A stretch of DNA of 64,000 bases, from positions 1,184,001 to 1,248,000 of the forward strand of contig CAVVPN010000012.1 of assembly GCA_963750165.1 (NCBI GenBank), in the 5' to 3' direction. The stretch is from an uncultured Gemmataceae bacterium. Its GTDB lineage: Bacteria; Planctomycetota; Planctomycetia; Gemmatales; Gemmataceae. Below are positions 51,229-60,000 of the stretch, piece after piece. A program made the position numbers and the translations under genes. Positions within the stretch are counted from its first letter, which is position 1; the number at the start of each line of letters is the position of its first letter. The notes beneath the pieces are model-generated. The model was not told the origin of the DNA. It did no database searches and worked only from the letters and a program-made list of their open reading frames with translations.

Positions 51229-51357
51229 GATCCATTCCTCAGCCCTTGAAGGATCTGGATTGCGGCGCGGGCGCTGGTATGTTCTTCCATCCAACGTACT
51301 ATTACCCGCACCGCCGGACAAGGGCCAAAGGTGAACGAGCAATCCGCGGCCGCAACC

Positions 51358-52563
51358 TCACCGCACCGCGTACCGCAGCGCCCGCAGCAACCGCCGCACC
51401 GCACGCCCCAGCCGCGCCCGGTTGCCGGTGACGCACAGCGTCCGCACCGTCAGCCGCGTCGCCGGCCCCTGCCCCAACTCATAGTGCCACGCCCGGTCGC
51501 GCCGCCCCGGATACACCAGCACCGCCCGCCGCGCGTCCAGTGCCGCACAGTACGCCAGCATCTGATACACGTCCGCCGTCAGCAACCGCGCCGCCGGCAG
51601 CCGCTTCCACTTGGCGTCCAGCACCAGTACCGTGCGGCCGGCGCGCTCCAGCGTCAGGTCGGGCCGCAGCGCCAACTCGGGCCGCGATCCGCCGGGCGCC
51701 GCCACGCGGCACCACGGCTGCGGCAGCGCCCGCACGCCGCCGGGCGCCGCCTCAAAGCCCGCGACCAACCGCGACAGCAGAAAATCTTCGAACACCCGCT
51801 CCAGGTTCAACAGGAACGCCGGGCCGCTCGCCGGGCCGGCCGCCGGCGCCGGCGCCAGCGCCTCGGCCAGCAGCCGGCACAGGGCCAGCAGCGGCCGGTA
51901 CTCCGCGTTCAGCCGATCCGCCAGCGCCGCGTCGAAAAGCCGGCCGTCGAGCGGAACGGGCTGCGCGTCGGCGAAGGGCAGCAGGGCCTGGCGCAGGGCC
52001 TGGCGCACCGGGGCGTCGAGCAGCGGCCAGGCCAGGACGCGCTCGGCGGTGGCGCGCGGCAGCTGGTTGCACGGCACGTCCGTGGTGAAGTCGTCAAAGC
52101 GGCAGTGCAGCCGATCACGGCGCTGCGCGGCATCGCGCAGCTGGGCGGCCACGTCCAGGCGGCCCTGCAAATAGGCCCCGGCGTCGGCCTGCTCGCGGTA
52201 GCCGCGCCGCAGCCCCGCGGCAGTGCGCTCCGTCAGCAGGCGGGCGAGCTGCACGGCCAGCAGGTCGAGCATGTCGCCATCGTCACCGGCGGGCCCGTCC
52301 GCCGGCGGCAAGGCGGCGTCGGGTTCGAGCAGATACAGCACATTCCGGAGGGGGATTTTGGGCTGCAGCACCAGCCGGCAGTCGGGCGCGAGAATGGTGC
52401 CGACGTGGCCGGTGGCCGTGACGCGGAACACCCCCGACGCGCGCGTCGGAAGCAGTCGCAGGTGGGCGCGGTGGTGAGCCAACAGGTAATCGACGGCTTC
52501 CGGCGACAGCGGCACCTCGGCCGGCGTGCGCTCGGTGAGCACCCAGGTGGGATGGGAATCCAT
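51358..52563 (-). CDS. mcrC: McrC family PD-(D/E)xK nuclease subunit
   Basis: HVGTI, LQPKIP, GLRRGY, GRLD, LLNLERVFEDF, RPDL, VLDAKWK, DVYQMLAY. Confidence 0.85.
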   Translation of the reverse strand: MDSHPTWVLTERTPAEVPLSPEAVDYLLAHHRAHLRLLPTRASGVFRVTATGHVGTILAPDCRLVLQPKIPLRNVLYLLEPDAALPPADGPAGDDGDMLDLLAVQLARLLTERTAAGLRRGYREQADAGAYLQGRLDVAAQLRDAAQRRDRLHCRFDDFTTDVPCNQLPRATAERVLAWPLLDAPVRQALRQALLPFADAQPVPLDGRLFDAALADRLNAEYRPLLALCRLLAEALAPAPAAGPASGPAFLLNLERVFEDFLLSRLVAGFEAAPGGVRALPQPWCRVAAPGGSRPELALRPDLTLERAGRTVLVLDAKWKRLPAARLLTADVYQMLAYCAALDARRAVLVYPGRRDRAWHYELGQGPATRLTVRTLCVTGNRARLGRAVRRLLRALRYAVR

Positions 52564-52580
52564 GATGGTGCTCCGTGTAA

Positions 52581-52632
52581 GTCCGAGCCCGAGCGCCAGC
52601 GCGGGGCCCCGCGCTGGCGCTCGGGCTCGGAC
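52581..52632. repeat. REP family A palindrome, copy 3 (52-bp perfect palindrome)
   Basis: GTCCGAGCCCGAGCGCCAGCGCGGGG|CCCCGCGCTGGCGCTCGGGCTCGGAC. Confidence 0.9.
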
Positions 52633-52637
52633 CAGCA

Positions 52638-53951
52638 TCAGCGCTCCGCGACCCCCTCGGCCTCCATCACCGGGAAGGTCTCGGAGGAGGCGTCCTTCAA
52701 CGCCGCCACGATCTCGTCAATGGCGTAGTGCGCGGAGTCGCCGATGCCCTTCTGGTAGATCGGCGGATACACATCCTGCCGGCAGGCCAGGAAGTGCTCG
52801 ACGATCTCAGGGTCCCACTGCGTGCCGGCGCCCTCGAAGAGGATGGCGTCGATCTGCGGCGGCGACAGCGGGCCGCGGTAGCGACGGGCGGACATCATGG
52901 CGTCGCAGCCATCGGCCACCGCCAGCACGCGCGCGATCAGCGGGATCTGCTCGCCGGCAAGACCATCGGGATAGCCCTGGCCGTCGTAACGCTCATGGTG
53001 GCTGCGCACGCCCGGCCGCAGCCGCGCGAATGGCTTGATCGCCGCCACAATCTGGTCGCCGATGACGACGTGCTCGCGGACGTGGGCCGTCTCCTCCGGC
53101 GTCAGCCGGGCCGGCTTGAGCAGCACCTCGTCGCGGACGCCGACCTTGCCCACGTCGTGCAGCAGCCCGGCCAGGTGCAGGTCCGACAGCGTCGGGCCGG
53201 GCAGGCCCATCTGCTTGCCCAGACGCACGGCGATGCGGGCGACGCGCTCGCTGTGGCCGGCGGTGCAGCTGTCCTTGGCGTCGATGACCACGGTCAGGCA
53301 GCGGACCAGGCCGAGCAGCGATTCCTTGAGCTGGCCGAAGGCGCGCGTGTGCCGGGTCTGCTTGATGAGCATGGCGCCGGCCAGGCCGAGCAGGCGCAGC
53401 TCGGCATTGCCGAGTTCGTGGTCGCAGTTCAGGCTCAGCGCGACGATCCAGCCGTGACGGCGCGGGTGTGGCCGGACGGCGGCGGCACTGTAGGGCGTGC
53501 CGGCGGGCCGGTCGCTGTGGCCGGGTGGCCGCTGCCAGAGGAAGGCAGTGCTACCGCCGACCTGGTGGCGGACCACGAGCCGGTGGGCGACGCCGCGGAA
53601 GGCGTCCGGCGACAGGCCGTCGGCCTCGGCGGTGTGCAGCGTGTCGCCGTTGGCCTCGTTGTGCCAGCAGACCACGTCGGCGCCGGTCGCCTCCTGGACT
53701 GCCTCCAGCGTCTGGCGGATCTGATCGGCCACGCGCGTATAGGCGTCGAGCTGCTGCACCAGGCGGGTGAAGACGGAGTAAGCGGCGGGGTGGGCATGGT
53801 GACCGAGGGCGACCCCTCCGGCCGCCGTCAAAGCGTCGTCGTGGACGGACATGGCGGTTCCCCCCTGTTCGCGAAGTGGGTCAGCGGCGTGCTCGGAAGG
53901 GGGAACGGCAGCGTTGCTGACAGGCGTCCGTTGCCCGGGCAAGCTTGTCAT
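52638..53951 (-). CDS. HD-GYP domain phosphodiesterase with GAF-like N-terminus
   Basis: TAGHSERVA, LHDVGK, HHERYDGQGYPDGL; the start could be 53852. Confidence 0.9.
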   Translation of the reverse strand: MTSLPGQRTPVSNAAVPPSEHAADPLREQGGTAMSVHDDALTAAGGVALGHHAHPAAYSVFTRLVQQLDAYTRVADQIRQTLEAVQEATGADVVCWHNEANGDTLHTAEADGLSPDAFRGVAHRLVVRHQVGGSTAFLWQRPPGHSDRPAGTPYSAAAVRPHPRRHGWIVALSLNCDHELGNAELRLLGLAGAMLIKQTRHTRAFGQLKESLLGLVRCLTVVIDAKDSCTAGHSERVARIAVRLGKQMGLPGPTLSDLHLAGLLHDVGKVGVRDEVLLKPARLTPEETAHVREHVVIGDQIVAAIKPFARLRPGVRSHHERYDGQGYPDGLAGEQIPLIARVLAVADGCDAMMSARRYRGPLSPPQIDAILFEGAGTQWDPEIVEHFLACRQDVYPPIYQKGIGDSAHYAIDEIVAALKDASSETFPVMEAEGVAER

Positions 53952-54071
53952 GCCGAGTCGATGTCGCTGGGAGTTTTCAACCCCTTCAGGATAGCGGACG
54001 GCCTCGGCGGCTGTAAATGGAATTTGCGGCGAAACGAGCTACAATTGCGGTTGGCCGTTGGCCGTACCTCT

Positions 54072-54860
54072 GTGGAGGGAAGAGCCGCGCCGGTTCACGA
54101 CTGGACCCGCGTTGATGCTGGGTTGTTTCACAACTTTCACCATCGCTGGATCAGTGCTCTTTGCGACGCTTTGAACGAAGGCGGCTTGCCTCCCAACTAC
54201 TTCGCCCTTGCGGAGCAACCCATTCGCGGGCCGATACCGGACGTGCTCACATTGAAACTGACTCCGGGCCAGGACGAGGGGGGTTACGGCACGATGGGGT
54301 TGGCAGTGGCCACGGCCCCACCGCGAACCCGCCACGTCAGGCAAACCGATGCGGACCCGTTCCTGAACAAAGCCAACCGGATCGCTGTCCACCACCGCCA
54401 CGGAAACGTCATCGCCGTCATCGAGATCGTGTCCCCCGGCAAAAAGGGCAGTCGCGCCGAGATACGTGCCTTCGCAGAGAAGGCTGCAGACCTGATCGTC
54501 CAGGGCGTTCACTTGCTGGTGATCGACCTCTTGCCGCCAGGGCCCAGGGATCCGCAGGGCATCCACAAGGTCATCTGGGATGAGTTCCTGGAAGAACCCT
54601 TTGAACTGCCGCCCGACAAGCCCCTGACGCTCGCGGACTATTCCGCGGGGATAATCAAGACCGCCTACGTGGAACCCGTCGGCGTGGGTGATCGGTTGCC
54701 CGACATGCCGTTGTTCTTGCAGCCGGAGGTCTACGTGCCGGTGCCACTGGAAGCGACCTATCAAGCATCCTGGAAGGCATTCCCCAACGCCCTGAAAGGG
54801 TTGCTGGAGTCGCCCACCCCGCCGCCGTCCACGGGGCAAAACGGCCCCGGCGGCCAGTGA
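54072..54860 (+). CDS. DUF4058 family protein (second paralog; start uncertain)
   Basis: PVHDWTRV, FHHRW, PDVLTL, EIVSPG, DLLPPGPRDP, PLEATY. Confidence 0.8.
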   Translation: MEGRAAPVHDWTRVDAGLFHNFHHRWISALCDALNEGGLPPNYFALAEQPIRGPIPDVLTLKLTPGQDEGGYGTMGLAVATAPPRTRHVRQTDADPFLNKANRIAVHHRHGNVIAVIEIVSPGKKGSRAEIRAFAEKAADLIVQGVHLLVIDLLPPGPRDPQGIHKVIWDEFLEEPFELPPDKPLTLADYSAGIIKTAYVEPVGVGDRLPDMPLFLQPEVYVPVPLEATYQASWKAFPNALKGLLESPTPPPSTGQNGPGGQ

Positions 54861-54880
54861 CATCAATCGGTCACTACCGC

Positions 54881-56842
54881 TCACGCCGACCGGCCCACGC
54901 AAATCCTCTCGAAATGCTTCACCGTGGCGAACGGTTGCGCCAGCGCCTCGATCGGTTCGCCGAGCTGCTGAATCTCCTGCGTCCGCAGCAGCCCCAGTCG
55001 CTTCATCTGGCCCAGCGCCAAATACGCCACCTTCTCCGGGTCCAGCTGCATAAGCCGGCAACACGTCGCATCCACGGCCACCAGGTCGTTGCCCATGACC
55101 AGCACGCCCATCGACTTCGCGGTGCCGTTCAGCGGGCCGTCGCCCTCCATGCCAACGATGCCGTCCACGATGGCCAGGTCCGGCGTCCGCGTCAGGGCGA
55201 TGTCGATGATGCTGTTGTCGATGCCGCGCCAGTGCAGTTCGTTCTTCGGCCAGCCGTAGCAAATGCCCGGCAGCGTGCCGAACAGGTTCTTCAGCGACAG
55301 CGTCGCGCCCGCCCAGTGGTGCGTCTTCAACTTCGGCAGCGAAATGAACACCTCCGCCGACACGACCGTCTTCGCCAGGTACAGGTGCTCCATCCCCGTC
55401 AGGCGGCCCAGGTTCAACGCCTTGACCGGCTCGTCGTGGTTGAGATCGACGAACGGCACGTTGTAGTGCTTGAGCACGTCGCCCAGGCCGCTGGCCGCGA
55501 CCAGGTATTCGACGTTGCGCCAGTGGCCGGGGCCCTCGGCGACGATGACCTCGGCGGCCCCCTCGCGCCGGCACAGCTCGATCACCGCGGCGACGACTTT
55601 TGGGTTGGTGTTGATGACCTTGTCGCGGTGGTACTCGACCAGGTTCGGCTTGAGCACCACGCGCTTGCCGGCCAGCGGCACCTTGTCGCGGAAGTGCTGG
55701 TACTGTGTCGCCAGCACGCCGGCGAGGTCGGCGTCATAGTCGGCAGCGCGGGCGATGTGAACCTGTGTCTGCGGCGGCAGCGGCTTCATCTGCGCGACCG
55801 CCTTCAGCGCCAGGCCGCGCCACCACGAGCCGAGCCGCGCGCCGAGCGACGGGCGCTTGCCGGCGGCCGGCCCGGCGTTGATCGGCTCCGCGGCGGTCAC
55901 ACCGGCCGGCAGCCGAAAGACGTTGTGCCTGCTCGCGCCCAGGGCCAGGGCCATAAGCGCCTGCCGCAGCGGCGCGGGCCGCACCCAGTTGGTGCCGGCG
56001 CGCTCGGTGTGGGCAGCGCGGATGCGCTCGTCCAGCCGCGGCAGACACTCCGCGACGCCCGGTTGTTCGCGGTGCGCCTCCAGCGCCAGCTTCGCCCAGC
56101 ACAGGTGTTCGAGGTCGTCCGTGGCATTGCTCATGAGATACTGCACCGCGGCGGCGACGCGCCCCGCCGTGGCGGGGTCGGGAGACCCCGCCACAACAGG
56201 GGAGCCCTGCGTGGCCAGCAGCAGCAGGGCGGTCGGGCCGGGGATGGGCTCGGTGCGCCTGCCGAGGATGAGACGGTTGCCGTAATTGATACCGCCGTCG
56301 TCGAAGGCGCGGTCGAGGAGCATTTGCAGCCCCTCCTGCACGCGCGGGTGCTGACCCTGACCGACGTGCCGCAGCGCCAGCACCGCCCACGCGGTCGGCT
56401 CCGCCCAGGAGAAGTTGCCCTCGGCCCACGGCCAGCCGACCAGCTTCAGATTAATGTCCTGCACCTCGTCCTTCTCGGCGTTCTCCGGCACACGGCCACG
56501 CAGCGCCAGCAGCCGGGCCGCCGTCCGCCGCACTTCCGCGCCGGCCGCGCCCAGCACGCTCTGCACGAACAGCACCAACGCGGTCGGCCACACGGCTTCC
56601 TCACGGCCGTTGCCCAGGCGGTAACTGCCGTCCGGCTGGGCGCAGCGCGCCAGCGCCTGCTTGCCGCGGTCGATGGCGGCGGCGCAGCGCTCCGGCTGCT
56701 GCGCCAGCGCCAGCAGGGCCAGGCAGGTCGGTTCCAGGCTGGCGGGCTGGCCGGGCGCGTAGCCCCAACCGCCTTCAGGGTGTGCCTGACTGACCAGGGT
56801 GTCCAGATAGGGAAGCAGTTCGTCCACGGGGAGTCTCGCCAA
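54881..56842 (-). CDS. Fusion of prenyltransferase/cyclase-like alpha-barrel repeats and a DUF362 domain
   Basis: Q..EGGWGY, QPDGSY, GWPW, DGGINYGN; VLKPNLVE, AEG, SLPKLKTH, SLKNLFG, VDGIVGMEGDGP. Confidence 0.85.
   Translation of the reverse strand: MARLPVDELLPYLDTLVSQAHPEGGWGYAPGQPASLEPTCLALLALAQQPERCAAAIDRGKQALARCAQPDGSYRLGNGREEAVWPTALVLFVQSVLGAAGAEVRRTAARLLALRGRVPENAEKDEVQDINLKLVGWPWAEGNFSWAEPTAWAVLALRHVGQGQHPRVQEGLQMLLDRAFDDGGINYGNRLILGRRTEPIPGPTALLLLATQGSPVVAGSPDPATAGRVAAAVQYLMSNATDDLEHLCWAKLALEAHREQPGVAECLPRLDERIRAAHTERAGTNWVRPAPLRQALMALALGASRHNVFRLPAGVTAAEPINAGPAAGKRPSLGARLGSWWRGLALKAVAQMKPLPPQTQVHIARAADYDADLAGVLATQYQHFRDKVPLAGKRVVLKPNLVEYHRDKVINTNPKVVAAVIELCRREGAAEVIVAEGPGHWRNVEYLVAASGLGDVLKHYNVPFVDLNHDEPVKALNLGRLTGMEHLYLAKTVVSAEVFISLPKLKTHHWAGATLSLKNLFGTLPGICYGWPKNELHWRGIDNSIIDIALTRTPDLAIVDGIVGMEGDGPLNGTAKSMGVLVMGNDLVAVDATCCRLMQLDPEKVAYLALGQMKRLGLLRTQEIQQLGEPIEALAQPFATVKHFERICVGRSA
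56166..56197. repeat. REP family B palindrome inside the coding sequence
   Basis: GCCGTGGCGGGGTCGGGAGACCCCGCCACAAC closely matches the intergenic unit at 62110. Confidence 0.7.
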
Positions 56843-56870
56843 AGGTTAGAGGTCGGGTCGCGCGCTGCTG

Positions 56871-56928
56871 CGTGGGGCAGACATTCCTGTCTGCCGAAGC
56901 GCTGGCAGACAGGAATGTCTGCCCCACG
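56871..56928. repeat. REP-like perfect inverted repeat (25-bp arms)
   Basis: CGTGGGGCAGACATTCCTGTCTGCC-N8-GGCAGACAGGAATGTCTGCCCCACG. Confidence 0.92.
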
Positions 56929-57085
56929 TGAGGAGCGCGAAACGTAAACGGAACAGCAGACGGTTTCGGTCCCCCCAAGTCTAGCTCACGCCTGACCACC
57001 GCCGCGGACGGTTCCTGTTTCCTGGGGCCAATTTCAATATAGTCTGCCGCGTACACCATGTATCTCCAGCGAGGGCAGCAGTTCC

Positions 57086-60000
57086 ATGGCTCACGTCGTT
57101 TGTCAAGTGCTGGTGCGGCCGGAGCGCCTGACCGTGTTGTGGTCGGCGGGTTCGGCGTCCTTCGAGCCCTATCCCAAAACCGGCGCCGCCCGCACGCGCT
57201 TCCTCGACCTGGCTCGACAGGCGCGCGGCCGGCTGCGCGACCTGGCCGCGGCCGCCACGCCCGCCGACGTCAGCCGGGCCGGCTTCGCCCTTGCCCAGAC
57301 CGGCCACGCCCTCTTCCGCGAACTGTTCGAGGCCGACGCCGGCTATGAGAGCCAGGCCGGCGAAATCCGCGACTGGTTCACCGGCCTGGGGCGCGACGGC
57401 GTCGAGTCGCTGGAACTGCTCGCTGACGAGCCGGGCCTGGTGCCCTGGAACGCCCTCTACGAACAGCCGCCCGACGAGGCCCTGTTCCACGCCAGCAGCG
57501 GCGACGCCTGGCAGCACTTCTGGGGCGTCCGCTATGCCCTGCACGGCGGCCATCGCGTCAGTCCGCTGCGCCAGCTCAACGTGTTCGCCAAGCCGACCCT
57601 CCAGTTCATCCTCGACCCGCAGTTGCGCGAACGACTGCCCGCGGAGGACAAGAAGCGTCTGACCGACTTCCTCGGCGACCACCCCGCCCCGGTGGCGCCG
57701 CACCGCGACCAGGTGGCGGCGGACACCCGCGAGGCGCCGCCCGATGTGGTGTTCTGCCTGTGCCACACCGCCGGCGACGCCCTGTTACTGGGCAGCGATC
57801 GGCTGACGCCCGAGGAACTGCTCGATCTGCTGCAAATCGGCGGCCCCACCGGCGGTACGCTGGTCGTCGCCTGCCTGTGCCCTGAGGAGGGCGCCGACAC
57901 CGACGTCGTGGCCGGACGCCTGGCGGCCGCGCCGCTGGGCGGCCTGGTGGTGATCGAGACGGTCGCCGGCCGCTCCGGCGTGCGCCTGGCGTTGCAACTG
58001 CTGGAGCGCTTCCTGGACCGCAAGCAGCCCCTCGGCGCCGCACTGCACGAGCTGCGCCGCGCCGAGCCGGAGGTGGGTCTGCTGATCGCCGGCCTGGCCC
58101 CGGGCGGGTTGCGCGTCGAGGGCGCCGACGAAACCCGTTCCGAGGCCATCAAGTCCGCGGAAGCCGGCCCGGCGGCGGCACCGGTCGAGGGCGGCGCGGC
58201 GAACGATGACGTGCCGTTGCCGGACCAGCCCTACCGGCCGCTGCGACCCTACGAGGCCGCGGACCAGGCGCTGTTCATCGGCCGTGAGGACGACCTGCAG
58301 CGCGTGGCCCTGACGCTCGACCGCGCCGACACGCGGCTGCTGGTGCTGCACGGCGCGCCCGCGGTCGGCAAGTCGTCACTGCTGCGTGCCGGGCTGCTGC
58401 CGTACCTGGATGCGGACTGTGTCGGCTACCGCGTGCTGAGCGACCGCACCGAGGCGGACGAGGATGAGGACGGCGTGCCGGTGACCGTCCGGGCCACGTG
58501 GGATCTGACCGGCCAGCTGGCGGCGGCGCTGGCGGCGTTCTGCGCCCGGCCCTACCGCTACGAGACGCCGACGGGCCGCACGGTGACGGTTGATTTCGCC
58601 GAGGAGCTGACGCCGCTGGTGGGCGGCGCGTTCCGCGACGGCGCCCTCAACGCCGGGCTGCTGGGGGAAATCCTGGCCAGCGAGCCGCAGTTGCTGGGCC
58701 AGGTACTGGCGGCGCTGACGGAACGGCTGCCGTTCGAGCTGGTGATCGTCGTCGAGCAGGGCGAGGAACTGTTCACCCTGGCGGAGGGCCATCCGGCAGC
58801 ACGGCCCGACGCAACGCTGGCGATGCTCGCCCGGACGGCCCGGTCGGCGGCAGCCGTCAAGCTGATCGTGGCGCTGCGGACGGAGTTTCACGGCCGCTTG
58901 CTGCACGGGCTGCGGCCGTTCGCCGGGCAGCCCTGGCTGGCCGAGTATCTGCTGGCCCCGCTGGGTCGGGAAGCCCTGCTCGACGCGCTGCTGCTGCCGA
59001 CCGTGGACGAACCGCTGCCCGGCTGCACGGAGGTGCCGTACCGCAAGTACGGCTTCGCGTTCGAGGAGGGGCTGGCCCGGCAGGTTATCGATGAGGCCCT
59101 GGGGGCGGCCGCCGCCCGGCCGGTCAGCGCCGCGGCACTGGTGCAGGTGGTCGGAATGCGGCTGGTGGAACGGATCGCCAACCGCGAGGAGCGGGTGATC
59201 CGCGCCGCCGACCTGCGGGCGGTCGGCGGTGTCCCGGAGGCGGCGGCGCGGTGGCTGCGCGACCGTTTGCGACAGTTGCCGCAGGCGATGGGCGACAGTC
59301 GCGCTCTGAAAGGATTGTTGAGCCAGCTGGTCCGCCGCCTGCCGGACGGCAGCGTGGTGCGGACGCTGCGACCGCTGACGGAGTTGCAAAAGGACTGGCG
59401 CGGCGGCACGCCGCTGGAGACCCTGGCGGCCGCCGCGGCGACGCCGGAGGTCGGCCTGCTGGAGGTGCAGACGTTGACCGTCGGCAACCAGCAGGGCGTG
59501 TACCTCAGCCTGGCCAGCGACGCTCTGGCGCTGGCGGTCGCCCAGGAAGCGCTGGAGCAGGAAAAACGCGAATACGGCACGACGCGCATGTCGGACGCGC
59601 TGTGGATCACCATCCCGCTGCTGATCCTGCTGGCAACGGCGTCCTTTGCGTTGCTCTACAAGCCCCTGCGCGTGCTGCAGGACGCCCTGGAGAAGCAGAC
59701 AGAAAAGCTGGAAGAACTCGGTCCCACCAACCAGGCGTTGCAAGCCGAGGTCAGTGCGACAGCGTTTCCGACCTACGTCGCCCAGATCCAGCTGGCGCAG
59801 CAGGCCCTGGACGGCGGCGATGCCGTGAAGTTGCGCCAGTACCTGCTGCGCTGCCGGGGGCCGCAAATCTATTACCCCGACGAAAAGGGCCCGCGCGACG
59901 CCCGCGGTTTCGACTGGTACTACCTGTGGCAGCAGGCCAACGGCGAGAACAAGAACCTGCTCGGCCACCGCGGCACGGTCAACGACGTGACGGTCAGCGC

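Noticed and set aside
52728..54071. 710-aa plus-strand ORF as one protein
   Set aside because: Its 5' part is the antisense of the HD-GYP gene. Only the DUF4058 part from about 54072 looks real.
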